A program made the position numbers and the translations under genes. Shown piece by piece: positions 1 to 10,215 of a stretch of DNA of 64,000 nt (positions within the stretch are counted from its first letter, which is position 1; every line of letters begins with the position of its first letter). Origin of the DNA: Prevotella sp. (lineage in GTDB: Bacteria > Bacteroidota > Bacteroidia > Bacteroidales > Bacteroidaceae). The stretch covers positions 5,990 to 69,989 of the forward strand of contig JALFPC010000042.1 in NCBI GenBank assembly GCA_022782305.1, written 5' to 3'. Under the pieces are notes generated by a model. That model had not been told where the DNA came from. It did not search any database and saw only the letters and a program-made list of their open reading frames with translations.

Positions 1-2638
1 TCTTGGCGCAGAACTTAACAGAACTTGGCTCACCACCATGCTCACCGCAGATACCACAACGGAGGTTAGGACGAACACCACGTCCCTTCTCTACTGCCAT
101 CTTGATAAGCTGCCCCACACCATTCTGGTCAAGCACCTGGAATGGATCAACCTTGAGGATCTTCTTGTCAAGATATACCGGCAAGAAGCTTGCAATATCA
201 TCACGACTGTAACCGAATGTCATCTGTGTGAGGTCATTAGTACCAAATGAGAAGTATTCAGCCTCAGTGGCGATACGGTCTGCAGTGAGTGCAGCACGCG
301 GAATTTCAATCATAGTACCGATTTCGAATTCTATCTCTACACCATACTCCTCAAACACCTCTTTGGCAGTTTTCTGGATGATTTCCTTCTGCTGCTTGAG
401 CTCATATAAGATACCGATAAGCGGCACCATGATCTCTGGTTTTGGATCCTTACCCTCTTTTCTCAGTTCACATGCTGCTGAGAGTATGGCGCGAGTCTGC
501 ATGGCAGTGATTTCTGGGAATGTGATACCGAGACGGCATCCACGGTGTCCGAGCATTGGGTTGTTTTCTGCCAAAGAAGCCACTCTGCGCTGTATGGTAG
601 CCACATCTACTCCCATCTCCTTAGCCATGATTTCCTGTCCTTCGAGATCGTGTGGTACGAACTCATGGAGAGGTGGATCAAGCAGACGAATATTTACAGG
701 ACATCCGTCCATAGCCTCAAGGATTCCCTTGAAGTCAGCCTTTTGATATGGCAGGAGTTTAGCAAGAGCCTTTTCTCTTCCCTCTACGGTGTCTGAGAGT
801 ATCATCTCTCTCATGGCCACAATTTTCTTGTCTTCAAAGAACATGTGCTCTGTACGTGTAAGACCGATACCCTTGGCTCCGAAGTCTCTGGCCACCTGTG
901 CATCGTGTGGAGTATCAGCATTTGTGCGCACCTGCAGTTTTGTATACTTGTCGCAAAGGTCCATGAGTTCCTTGAAGTCACCGCTAAGTTCAGCCGCTTT
1001 TGTAGGCACCTCACCAGCATAAACCTGTCCTGTGGTACCATTGAGAGATATATAGTCACCCTCTTTGTATACTGTTCCGTCGATTTCTACAGTCTTGGCC
1101 TTATAGTCAACATTGATGCCACCAGCACCAGACACGCAGCACTTGCCCATGCCTCGAGCCACCACAGCAGCATGCGAGGTCATACCTCCACGTGCTGTGA
1201 GGATACCCTCTGCAGAAGCCATACCAGCGAGGTCTTCTGGACTGGTTTCGATACGTACCATGATAACCTTGTGTCCATCTGCGTGCCATGCCTGTGCATC
1301 GTCGGCGTGGAATACGATTTGACCGCAAGCAGCTCCAGGAGAAGCAGGAAGGCCTTGAGTTATAACTTTAGCCTGAAGGAGAGCCTTTCTGTCGAATACG
1401 GGGTGAAGAAGTTCATCGAGTTTCTGTGGTTCGCATCTCATGATTGCAGTTTTCTCATCAATCATACCCTCGTGTAGAAGGTCGATAGCTATTTTGACCA
1501 TGGCCGTACCTGTACGTTTTCCGTTACGAGTCTGCAGGAACCAAAGTTTTCCTTCCTGTACGGTAAACTCCATATCCTGCATGTCATGGTAGTGCTTTTC
1601 GAGTTTATCCTGGATATCATTGAGTTGTGCATAAATTTCAGGCATTGCCTCTTCCATTGAAGGATATTTCTCTGCACGCTCAGTCTCGCTGATTCCAGCA
1701 CGTTCAGCCCAACGCTGAGAACCGATCTTAGTGATCTGCTGTGGTGTACGTATACCAGCCACCACGTCTTCTCCCTGAGCATTCACAAGATACTCACCAT
1801 TGAAGAGGTTTTCTCCATTTCCTGCATCACGGCTGAAGCAAACTCCAGTGGCAGAAGTGTCACCCATGTTTCCGAATACCATTGCCATAACGCTAACAGC
1901 AGTACCCCATTCATCTGGAATACCCTCCATCTTACGATAGAGAATAGCTCTTTCGTTCATCCAGCTGCGGAACACAGCACATATAGCCCCCCAGAGTTGC
2001 TCAATAGGATCATTTGGGAAGTCGTTACCTGTACGTTCTTTAATAGCCTCTTTGAAGAGTTTAACCAATTTCTTGAGTTCATCCACGGAGAGGTCTTTGT
2101 CGAGTTTGATGCCTCTCTCTTCCTTTACGCTCTCGATGATTTCCTCAAATGGATCTATATCCTCTTTGTTTACAGGTTTCATTTCCAGAACCACGTCTCC
2201 ATACATTTGCACGAATCTGCGGTAAGAATCATAAACGAAGTGAGGGTTATTTGTTTTGGCCACCATACCTTCAGCCACCTCGTCATTGAGTCCGAGGTTT
2301 AGGATGGTATCCATCATTCCAGGCATAGAAGCCCTTGCTCCCGAACGTACGCTGACGAGCAGTGGATTTTTTGGATCGCCAAACTTTGAATTCATCAATA
2401 CTTCGATGTGGTTAACAGCAGCATTAACCTCGTCTTGCAGGATTTCTTTTATTTTCTCCTGCCCTACCTCATAATATTCATTGCAGCATGAAGTAGTGAT
2501 GGTGAAACCAGGAGGAACGGGCACACCGATAAGGTTCATCTCAGCAAGGTTAGCACCTTTGCCACCCAGTTCCTCTCGCATTTTTGCGTTACCTTCGGCT
2601 TTTCCATTTCCGAAAGTATAAACTCTTTTGTCGCTCAT
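1..2638 (-). CDS. ppdK: Pyruvate, phosphate dikinase (3' end runs off the window)
   Basis: Absent from the ORF track because no stop lies inside the window. Manual translation from ATG 2638 gives MSDKRVYTFGNGKAEG...LGGKGANLAEM; the left edge reads CGICGEHGGEPSSVKFC (C-terminal PPDK motif). Confidence 0.97.
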   Translation of the reverse strand, partial: MSDKRVYTFGNGKAEGNAKMREELGGKGANLAEMNLIGVPVPPGFTITTSCCNEYYEVGQEKIKEILQDEVNAAVNHIEVLMNSKFGDPKNPLLVSVRSGARASMPGMMDTILNLGLNDEVAEGMVAKTNNPHFVYDSYRRFVQMYGDVVLEMKPVNKEDIDPFEEIIESVKEERGIKLDKDLSVDELKKLVKLFKEAIKERTGNDFPNDPIEQLWGAICAVFRSWMNERAILYRKMEGIPDEWGTAVSVMAMVFGNMGDTSATGVCFSRDAGNGENLFNGEYLVNAQGEDVVAGIRTPQQITKIGSQRWAERAGISETERAEKYPSMEEAMPEIYAQLNDIQDKLEKHYHDMQDMEFTVQEGKLWFLQTRNGKRTGTAMVKIAIDLLHEGMIDEKTAIMRCEPQKLDELLHPVFDRKALLQAKVITQGLPASPGAACGQIVFHADDAQAWHADGHKVIMVRIETSPEDLAGMASAEGILTARGGMTSHAAVVARGMGKCCVSGAGGINVDYKAKTVEIDGTVYKEGDYISLNGTTGQVYAGEVPTKAAELSGDFKELMDLCDKYTKLQVRTNADTPHDAQVARDFGAKGIGLTRTEHMFFEDKKIVAMREMILSDTVEGREKALAKLLPYQKADFKGILEAMDGCPVNIRLLDPPLHEFVPHDLEGQEIMAKEMGVDVATIQRRVASLAENNPMLGHRGCRLGITFPEITAMQTRAILSAACELRKEGKDPKPEIMVPLIGILYELKQQKEIIQKTAKEVFEEYGVEIEFEIGTMIEIPRAALTADRIATEAEYFSFGTNDLTQMTFGYSRDDIASFLPVYLDKKILKVDPFQVLDQNGVGQLIKMAVEKGRGVRPNLRCGICGEHGGEPSSVKFCAK

Positions 2639-2698
2639 ATAAAAACAATTGTTTGTTAGATGATAATAAATATTGTTTCAATAATCAATTCAGTTCTG

Positions 2699-2706
2699 CA
2701 AATGTA
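2699..2706 (-). promoter_or_regulatory. Bacteroidota sigma70 -7 element (TACATTTG) for ppdK
   Basis: Matches TAnnTTTG about 60 nt upstream of the start codon. Confidence 0.6.
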
Positions 2707-2812
2707 CACAAAATATTCTTTTTTACCAAGAAAATACTCTATTATTTGCGATATTATTGCATGAAAAGGATAAAAATGGTTGATTAGATAGTTAATTTTC
2801 CTTTTTTATTTG

Positions 2813-2820
2813 TAATTTTG
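2813..2820 (+). promoter_or_regulatory. -7 element (TAATTTTG) for rlmD and the porin gene
   Basis: TAnnTTTG 45 nt upstream of the ATG. Confidence 0.65.
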
Positions 2821-2864
2821 CACGCCACATTACAAACATAACACATTATATTATATACAATCAG

Positions 2865-4292
2865 ATGAGCAGAAAGAAGAAACCACTGCCAGTTTTGGAG
2901 AATGTAACTATCACAGGTATTGCAGCTGAAGGCAAGTCGTTGGCTCGTGTTGACGATATGGTTGTTTTTGTGCCTTTTGCTGTTCCTGGCGACGTTGTCG
3001 ACCTTCAGGTGAGGCGCAAGAAGCACAAATACTGTGAAGCCGAGATTATCAGATTTATCAAGAAGAGTGAAGTTCGCGTTGATCCGTTCTGCGAGCATTT
3101 CGGTATATGCGGAGGATGCAAGTGGCAGAATCTGCCATACGAAGAGCAGTTGAAATCGAAGCATCAGCAGGTGTATGACCAGTTGACCCGCATAGGCAAG
3201 GTTGAGTTGCCAGAATTTCGTCCCATCATGGGCAGTGTTAAAACCCGCGAGTATCGCAACAAGTTAGAGTTTGGCTGCTGCAACAAGCGTTGGCTTACTC
3301 GTGAGCAGGTATCATCTGGTTATACCTATGACAACATGAATGGCATTGGTTTTCATATTACTGGAGCCTTCGACAAGATATTGCCCATAGAGCGTTGCCA
3401 TCTCATGGACGACCTTCACAACGAGATACGCAACAGCATACGCGACTATGCCTTTAGCCACGGCATTTCTTTCTATGATCTCAGAAATCAGTATGGTCTT
3501 CTGCGCGACATCATAATTCGCAATTCCAACACGGGAGAATGGATGGTGATAGTGCAATTCCATTATGACCATACTGGTGGTGAATCCGAAGCCATGTCAC
3601 TCATGGAGCACATCGCCACCCATTTCCCTCAGATCACCTCTTTGATGTATGTAGACAACCAGAAATGCAACGACACCATCGGCGATCTTGAAATAAAGGT
3701 ATACAAGGGCAATGACCATATCTTTGAGACCATGGAAGACCTGAGATTTAAGGTAGGTCCCAAGAGTTTTTATCAGACCAATACCGATCAGGCATACCAT
3801 CTGTATTGTGTGGCGCGAGAATTTGCGGGGCTCACGGGCAACGAGCTCGTTTACGACCTCTATACAGGCACGGGCACGATAGCCAATTTTGTGGCCCACA
3901 AAGCCCGCAAGGTGATAGGCATAGAGTATGTGCCCGAGGCTATCGAGGATGCCAAGGTCAACTCAGATGTAAACGGCATCTCCAACACCCTTTTCTATGC
4001 TGGCGACATGAAGGACATACTCACCGACAACTTTATATCCGAGCATGGCCGCCCAGATGTGATCATCACCGACCCACCAAGAGCCGGCATGCATGCCGAT
4101 GTGATACAAACCATATTGAGGGCCCAGCCCAAACGTATAGTATACGTGAGTTGCAATCCTGCCACTCAAGCCCGCGACCTTTCCGACCTTGATGCCCACT
4201 ATAAGGTGATTGCCGTTCAGCCCGTGGATATGTTTCCCCATACGCCCCATGTGGAGAATGTTGTATTGCTTGAGAGGAGAAACAATGAATAA
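2865..4292 (+). CDS. rlmD: 23S rRNA (uracil-1939-C5)-methyltransferase
   Basis: N-terminal TRAM domain, Fe-S motif CEHFGICGGC, SFYQTN, DLYTGTG, DPPRAG, YVSCNP, DMFPHTPHVE. Confidence 0.95.
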   Translation: MSRKKKPLPVLENVTITGIAAEGKSLARVDDMVVFVPFAVPGDVVDLQVRRKKHKYCEAEIIRFIKKSEVRVDPFCEHFGICGGCKWQNLPYEEQLKSKHQQVYDQLTRIGKVELPEFRPIMGSVKTREYRNKLEFGCCNKRWLTREQVSSGYTYDNMNGIGFHITGAFDKILPIERCHLMDDLHNEIRNSIRDYAFSHGISFYDLRNQYGLLRDIIIRNSNTGEWMVIVQFHYDHTGGESEAMSLMEHIATHFPQITSLMYVDNQKCNDTIGDLEIKVYKGNDHIFETMEDLRFKVGPKSFYQTNTDQAYHLYCVAREFAGLTGNELVYDLYTGTGTIANFVAHKARKVIGIEYVPEAIEDAKVNSDVNGISNTLFYAGDMKDILTDNFISEHGRPDVIITDPPRAGMHADVIQTILRAQPKRIVYVSCNPATQARDLSDLDAHYKVIAVQPVDMFPHTPHVENVVLLERRNNE

Positions 4293-4298
4293 CTAATA

Positions 4299-5444
4299 AT
4301 GCTAAATAAAACGACAAGAATGAATACGAGATCAATTAGCCATATTATTGCCTCTTATGGATTTATGGCAGCCTTCACAATGGCTATGGGCACCCTCCTA
4401 CCCTATCAGTTGAATGCCCAGAGCAAGGTAGACGATATTTTCAGCAAGCCAAAATTCAGTGGCTATATGATGGGGCAATACCAGTCCACCATCAAGGAAC
4501 AAGACAACAGCAATGGCTTTAACCTTCGCATAGCCCGTCTGTCAGTTACGGGTCGTGTGTTGGAGGATTTTGAATACAAGATACAAGGTCAGATAAACGG
4601 CAACACGTCTACCATGGGCGACAGTCCAAGGATTGTAGACCTGTATACCGAATGGCAGAAATACTCGTTTGCCAAAATCAAGGTAGGTCAGTTTAAGCGT
4701 CCGTTTACATTTGAAAACCCTATGAACCCCATAGACCAAGGTTTCATGGGCTATTCTCAGAATGTAAATAAGTTGGCAGGTTTTGGCGACCGTCATCGCA
4801 ATCACTCAAGCAATGGCCGCGACATAGGCATCCAGTTGCAGGGAGACCTACTGAAGACGTCATCTGGTCGCAGCCTTGTTCATTACCAGATTGGTGTGTT
4901 CAATGGTCAAGGCATCAATGTAAAGGATGTAGACAACAAGAAGGATATCATCGGCGGCGCATGGGTATCACCAGTCAAGGGTTTGCGTATAGGAGCATTT
5001 GGTTGGACAGGCAGTTATGCACGCAAGGACAAGGGCACCAATAATATTGTGAGCCTCAACCAGCACCGCTATGCTTTCAGCGTAGAATATAAGAATGCCG
5101 ACTGGCAGTTGCGCAGCGAGTATATCCACAGCACAGGTGGAACCTTCAAGAACAGCGATGAGAATGATGCTACCCTCAACACAGGCATAGGCAACAAGGC
5201 TGATGGTGTATATGCACTCTGCATTGCCCCTATCATCAAGGGGAAGTTGAGGGCCAAGTGCCGCTACGACCTCTATCGTCAGTCTGCCGAGTGGTCATCA
5301 TCGCGCACCCAGTATGAGGTGGGTCTCAACTGGCTTCTGCACAAGAATCTCGAGATTCAATCGGAATATGCGCTCATCAACGACCGCCAGTTAGCCAACC
5401 ACAACTATAGTGTCATAGACTTTGAGTTTTGTGTAAGATTCTAA
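4299..5444 (+). CDS. Outer-membrane porin (OprO/OprP-like)
   Basis: Signal peptide, KVGQFKRPF and GRDIGIQ motifs, amphipathic beta-strands, C-terminal Phe; start codon uncertain. Confidence 0.75.
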   Translation: MLNKTTRMNTRSISHIIASYGFMAAFTMAMGTLLPYQLNAQSKVDDIFSKPKFSGYMMGQYQSTIKEQDNSNGFNLRIARLSVTGRVLEDFEYKIQGQINGNTSTMGDSPRIVDLYTEWQKYSFAKIKVGQFKRPFTFENPMNPIDQGFMGYSQNVNKLAGFGDRHRNHSSNGRDIGIQLQGDLLKTSSGRSLVHYQIGVFNGQGINVKDVDNKKDIIGGAWVSPVKGLRIGAFGWTGSYARKDKGTNNIVSLNQHRYAFSVEYKNADWQLRSEYIHSTGGTFKNSDENDATLNTGIGNKADGVYALCIAPIIKGKLRAKCRYDLYRQSAEWSSSRTQYEVGLNWLLHKNLEIQSEYALINDRQLANHNYSVIDFEFCVRF

Positions 5445-5487
5445 TAAGAGAAAAATAAGAACCCAATTAGACTCTAATAAGAAAACA

Positions 5488-5524
5488 AAAATGCGCCCTG
5501 CCATAGAGAGCCGGGCGCATTTAT
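5488..5524. terminator. Bidirectional intrinsic terminator
   Basis: AAAATGCGCCC...GGGCGCATTT between convergent genes. Confidence 0.7.
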
Positions 5525-5587
5525 TATATATGGAATCTACAAATATCCACCAATATTATGATATATCAATAATCACGAAATCAATCA

Positions 5588-7093
5588 TCAGCTCACTCTA
5601 TTGAGTTTCTTGATGATAGAGAAGATGAAGAGAGCAGCCACAAGACAGATGATGGCCAGAGTGCCCCATACTATCCACAGAGGCATGTCCCACATGTGAC
5701 CGGGAATAGAAACGAGTTTATTTCCGAGTGCAGTAGCCACAAACCATCCACCCATCATCATACCCTTATACTTGGTGGGAGCCACCTTAGTAACAAATGA
5801 AATGCCTATAGGCGAGAGCAGCAGTTCGGCGAATGTAAGAATAAGGTATGTGCTCACCAGCAGATTAGGTGTCACGTCAGCCACATGGTTAGGATGATCA
5901 GTAGCAGGCAGGTTGAATGAGAATGACATCATGAGTATGTAAGCCACTGCAGCCACAAGCATACCCAATCCGATCTTTACTGGAGCCTTGGGCTCTTTGC
6001 CCTTCTTGGCAAGCCAACCAAACAATGCGATGCTGACAGGAGTTAGCATAACCACAAAGCATGCGTTAAACTGCTGGAAGATGGGAGCGCTGAGACTTAC
6101 AGATTCTGGCAGTGATGCATACTTATATGCCAGATATCCCACTGCGGCAATTATTATTAATCCAGGAGTGATGGCTCCCTTGATGTTTTTGCTTTGGAAT
6201 ACTCCGAAAAGTCCAAACACTATGAATATGCATGCCACAAGGTTAAGCACATCAAACATCATGCTCTGAACACCTGAAGACGAAGTAGCTGTAAACTCAT
6301 CAGCAAACCATGTGAGTGTGAGTCCGTTTTGATGGAAAGCCATCCAGAAGAACACGACCACAGCAAACACCAGGCATAGGCATATAATGCGCTCTTTCAC
6401 CTCTTCTTTGCTCATATTGTCTTCCTCTACTACCTCGCTTCCGCCCTTCATTTTCTTTTCGTTACCAATCACGTGGCTATAAGTTCTTTTGCCAAGGAAA
6501 TAGATAAGAATGCTGACTATTACCGACACGCATGCCACTGCAAAGGCAAAATGATATGAGTCAGCCTTTGAATATCCGAGCGAATTCTGTGCCCATTCCA
6601 TCACCTTGATAGCGGCAGTAGGAGCAAAGAGAGCGCCCACATTGATGGCCATATAGAAGAGCGAGAATCCCGAGTCTCGTTTATCAGCAAATTTAGCCTC
6701 GTTGTATAGGTCACCCACCATCACCTGCAGGTTACCCTTGAAGAGACCCGTGCCTATGCTGACCAGCGCCAGTGCCAGTCCCATGACCAATGCAGCCACC
6801 ATATTTCCCCCCATTGGCAGCGATAGCAGCAGATAACCGATAAACATGATAATGATACCGATTATCACCATTCGGTTGTACCCCCATTTGTCAGCAGCCA
6901 TACCGCCGAAGAGAGGCAGGAAATAGACAGCTGTCAGAAACCACGTATATATCTCGGAAGCCGTGCCTGCGGCAAATCCGAAGTTCTCGCCCAGAAACAG
7001 GGCAAACACAGCCAGCATGGTATAATATCCGAATCGTTCTCCGGTGTTTGCCAATGCCAGCGTCCAAAGACCTTTAGGTTGTCCTTCAAACAT
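5588..7093 (-). CDS. Proton-dependent oligopeptide transporter (POT/PTR, MFS)
   Basis: ERFGYY motif, GTGLFKGN, FSLFYMAINVGA, ELLLSPIG; many TM helices. Confidence 0.93.
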   Translation of the reverse strand: MFEGQPKGLWTLALANTGERFGYYTMLAVFALFLGENFGFAAGTASEIYTWFLTAVYFLPLFGGMAADKWGYNRMVIIGIIIMFIGYLLLSLPMGGNMVAALVMGLALALVSIGTGLFKGNLQVMVGDLYNEAKFADKRDSGFSLFYMAINVGALFAPTAAIKVMEWAQNSLGYSKADSYHFAFAVACVSVIVSILIYFLGKRTYSHVIGNEKKMKGGSEVVEEDNMSKEEVKERIICLCLVFAVVVFFWMAFHQNGLTLTWFADEFTATSSSGVQSMMFDVLNLVACIFIVFGLFGVFQSKNIKGAITPGLIIIAAVGYLAYKYASLPESVSLSAPIFQQFNACFVVMLTPVSIALFGWLAKKGKEPKAPVKIGLGMLVAAVAYILMMSFSFNLPATDHPNHVADVTPNLLVSTYLILTFAELLLSPIGISFVTKVAPTKYKGMMMGGWFVATALGNKLVSIPGHMWDMPLWIVWGTLAIICLVAALFIFSIIKKLNRVS

Positions 7094-7199
7094 AATAATA
7101 ATTGTTTTTAATAATGATTTGTATATGTATTAATTATCTCTCTATGGTATATTCATCCATTGCATTCGTCTATTGTTCCTCCGCCACATTATATATATA

Positions 7200-7250
7200 T
7201 AAGAGTAGCATTGATAATATAAGAGTGCATCGTTATAATAAGAGTAGCAT
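7200..7250. repeat. Three direct copies of TAAGAGT(A)GCAT
   Basis: Copies start at 7200, 7220 and 7239. Confidence 0.75.
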
Positions 7251-7263
7251 CATAGACCATGTT

Positions 7264-8046
7264 TTATTTGATCTTGCTGTTTTTTGTTCTCGAGATATCG
7301 AAGAGATATGTCAATTTAACAATGATGCTATTATTATTGCTTCGTCCGAAGTAGTCACGTTTTGAGTTGCCGTAAATATCTCCGAGTCCATAGTAGTATC
7401 TTCCTTCCAGGATAAAATGCCCCACTTTTGGATGAGAGAACTCCAGACCCGCCCCTGCTGCGATGCCATAATCAAACTTGTGTTTGATGTCGAGTGTATC
7501 TTGTGCTGCGTCTTTCTGTGCGCCCAATCTGTCGGCAGTATTTCTGTCTTTATAATCGAAATTGCTATCTGCTTTGTCATTGATGAGATAGCCCACCTGC
7601 GGTCCGAGTTGTATAAAGAATTGAAATCCCTTTCGTTCCCTTCCCCATCCCAGTCTTGCCATAAGAGGCATCTGCAGGTATGTGAGAGTTCTCTGATATT
7701 CCTCTGGCAGATGTGTTGCGGGGTTTATCACCTGCATGTCATTGACATCCCTGATATCCTCTTTCCATCCCGCCTGAGCAATGTTTACCTCTCCCACGAG
7801 AGCGCAGATGGTATTGAAATACTTCTCGCATGTATATCGTATGGTGAGTCCTCCTGTCATTCCTCCCAACTGTTTCTGTGGGATATCGGGATTAAAGCCA
7901 ACGTTGCTCATCATATATCCCCCATTAAAACCTATCGAGAGGTCGCTTCGATAGTCGCCCACCTGTGCATTAGCACTTCCAGCCATCATCACAGCCACCA
8001 TCACCAGCATTGTTTTCATCATCATTCTCATCTGCATGGTCATCAT
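7264..8046 (-). CDS. PorT-family outer-membrane beta-barrel protein
   Basis: Signal peptide, YLQMPL, DYGIAAGAG, EGRYYYGLGDI; Met-rich N-terminus makes the start uncertain. Confidence 0.75.
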   Translation of the reverse strand: MMTMQMRMMMKTMLVMVAVMMAGSANAQVGDYRSDLSIGFNGGYMMSNVGFNPDIPQKQLGGMTGGLTIRYTCEKYFNTICALVGEVNIAQAGWKEDIRDVNDMQVINPATHLPEEYQRTLTYLQMPLMARLGWGRERKGFQFFIQLGPQVGYLINDKADSNFDYKDRNTADRLGAQKDAAQDTLDIKHKFDYGIAAGAGLEFSHPKVGHFILEGRYYYGLGDIYGNSKRDYFGRSNNNSIIVKLTYLFDISRTKNSKIK

Positions 8047-9398
8047 TTATTAATGGTTTCTATGCTGTTGTCTGTTTTATAGTGCACAATGGTCAGGTTG
8101 TGATTAAGGTGTGCTCCCCCCTCTCCTGGTTCAAATGCCAGTCTTGTCTGTATGGGAGCATATCCCACTGTTCCTGCAGCTCCTGTGAATTTCTTGCCAT
8201 ATATATGCAATCCTTTGAGCAGGAAATACCCATGGTCAAACCCCGTGATTGCAAATCTTGGCAATGCCTGCATCATGTCGGCATGGAAATTCCATCTGTA
8301 TTTGGTGTTTATCCTCTTTGTTTTTGCCGACAGTGGATTCATATAGAACGTAGCAGGAATATAAGTATCATACTTAAAGAAATTGTCGAGATTATGCTTT
8401 GTATATAGCAACCAATCAGTATATCCGAACAGAGAAACCACGATACCCGGATTGTTCATCTTCATATTATTGAGTTTTGCAATGGTAGCAGTTAGTTCTG
8501 GCGAACGTCCTGTGTTGAGCACCACCACATTTCGTTTGTTTCTGTCGAATGCCTTTGCAAAATACATTTCGCTCGATTTGAGGTTGGTAACAGATTGCGA
8601 AATACCTTTCTCTTCGAGTTTTTTTCTCAATGGGAATGTGAATACGCCCTTTTTGCTTGTGGTATCGTTGCAGTCAACGATGACCACGTGACACGAGCTA
8701 AAATTCTCCACAAACGAGTCTATGACCTTAGCATTGAAGTTTGTATGGTTTTGGTATACCTGAAAGACATTTTCGTTGTAGCCCCCTTCAGGCACATTGA
8801 TACTGAAAGGAATAAAGAGTTTGATATCATGCTTTTTGGCAAATGCTGAGAGGTCTTTGACCTGTGTGGAATAGAGCGGTCCCACTATCACATCGAGTTT
8901 TGCAGCGGCAGGATCTTTGATAAATGATTTGATGTCGGCACCTTCTTCCACGTTCCATGCCCTCACATCCACCGACACCCCCTCCTGCTTGATGCTGTCG
9001 CAGGCCATAAGCAGTCCTCGATAATATTCCACCATACGTTTTCCGTCGCCATTGTTATCATGCAGTGGCAGCATCACCCCCATTCTTATCTCCCTCTGAG
9101 TTACATCCTTTTCTGCGGGTTGCTGTTTGGTTTCGGTTATAGTTGCTTTTGTCTGCTGCTTAGGGTATGGTATGCAGATATAAGCCCCCTTTTTGAGTTC
9201 ATATCCCTGTTTTTGCATTTCAGGGTTAGCATCAATGAGTTGCTCTATGGTTATGCCATTATCCTTGGCAATACCAAAGAGTGTCTCCTTTCTTTTCACC
9301 TTATGCATTTCCTTGCATTTCGTTTGCTGTGCCATGGCGTCTGTCATAGCAGCCATCATGCATGCTACAGCAAGCAAAATTCTCATTCTGTATGTCAT
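8043..9398 (-). CDS. LysM-domain protein with periplasmic-binding-protein-like C-terminus
   Basis: Signal peptide, LysM HKVKRKETLFGIAK...LIDANP...ICIP, then VMLPL / EYYRG / DVIVGPLYS. Confidence 0.85.
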   Translation of the reverse strand: MTYRMRILLAVACMMAAMTDAMAQQTKCKEMHKVKRKETLFGIAKDNGITIEQLIDANPEMQKQGYELKKGAYICIPYPKQQTKATITETKQQPAEKDVTQREIRMGVMLPLHDNNGDGKRMVEYYRGLLMACDSIKQEGVSVDVRAWNVEEGADIKSFIKDPAAAKLDVIVGPLYSTQVKDLSAFAKKHDIKLFIPFSINVPEGGYNENVFQVYQNHTNFNAKVIDSFVENFSSCHVVIVDCNDTTSKKGVFTFPLRKKLEEKGISQSVTNLKSSEMYFAKAFDRNKRNVVVLNTGRSPELTATIAKLNNMKMNNPGIVVSLFGYTDWLLYTKHNLDNFFKYDTYIPATFYMNPLSAKTKRINTKYRWNFHADMMQALPRFAITGFDHGYFLLKGLHIYGKKFTGAAGTVGYAPIQTRLAFEPGEGGAHLNHNLTIVHYKTDNSIETINK

Positions 9399-9496
9399 AA
9401 TAACGTTATTTTTGTGATATCGCCCACAAAATTAGCAAAAAAGAGTGGATAAATCAACTAAAATCGCTAATTTTGCACGATAATACTCGACATTAT

Positions 9497-10162
9497 ATGA
9501 AAATACGACTGATAATTGGCTTTTTTCTGCTCTGCATGGCCATAGATATGCATGCAGACTTTAATCCTACCGCCTATTACATTATAGATGGTGAAGAGAT
9601 GGAGTCTACGGATGCCATCACCGATGCCCAAGCACCATTATCTGTAACCTTCCGTGCCAATCCCACAGGTGTGGGCAGTGAGGTGAGTTATGAGTGGCGC
9701 TTTGTCAAGAGTGGCGAGCATGCCCCTTTTCTCACGCGTTATGAGCAAGACACCGAGTATGAATTCAGGGAGTCTGGTCTCACGAGCGTGCAGTTGTGGG
9801 TGAGTTATGATGTAGGTCTCGAGGCCGAACTCGTTTCCACCATCAACGTGTCTATCAGCACCTCGCTCCTTGAGATGCCCAATGCCTTTTCGCCCAATGG
9901 CGATGGTGTCAACGACATATACAAGGCCAAAGACAACCACCGCAGCATTGTTGAGTTTCATGCATATATTTTCAATCGCTGGGGTGTGCAACTCTTTGAC
10001 TGGACTGATATCAATGGCGGTTGGGATGGCACCTACAAGGGAAGCCCTGTTGCCGACGGTGTATATTTCTGCCTTGTCAAGGCCAAGGGTGCCGATGGCA
10101 AGACCTATAATATCCGCAAGGATGTCAACATACTGCGCCAGTATATAGAGGGTGGTCAGTAA
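9497..10162 (+). CDS. Small PKD-like protein with T9SS type B (CHU_C / gliding-motility-associated) C-terminal domain
   Basis: Signal peptide; MPNAFSPNGDGVND...IFNRWG...WDG...GVYF. ATG 9497 preferred because TAnnTTTG lies at 9468-9475. Confidence 0.85.
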   Translation: MKIRLIIGFFLLCMAIDMHADFNPTAYYIIDGEEMESTDAITDAQAPLSVTFRANPTGVGSEVSYEWRFVKSGEHAPFLTRYEQDTEYEFRESGLTSVQLWVSYDVGLEAELVSTINVSISTSLLEMPNAFSPNGDGVNDIYKAKDNHRSIVEFHAYIFNRWGVQLFDWTDINGGWDGTYKGSPVADGVYFCLVKAKGADGKTYNIRKDVNILRQYIEGGQ

Positions 10163-10215
10163 TAATTTCATGGTCAACAACACCTAATTGCAAAAAACAT
10201 CCATTTTCAATTGCG

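Noticed and set aside
3-2787. Many short plus-strand ORFs
   Set aside because: They are antisense shadows of ppdK, which the ORF track missed because its stop lies outside the window.
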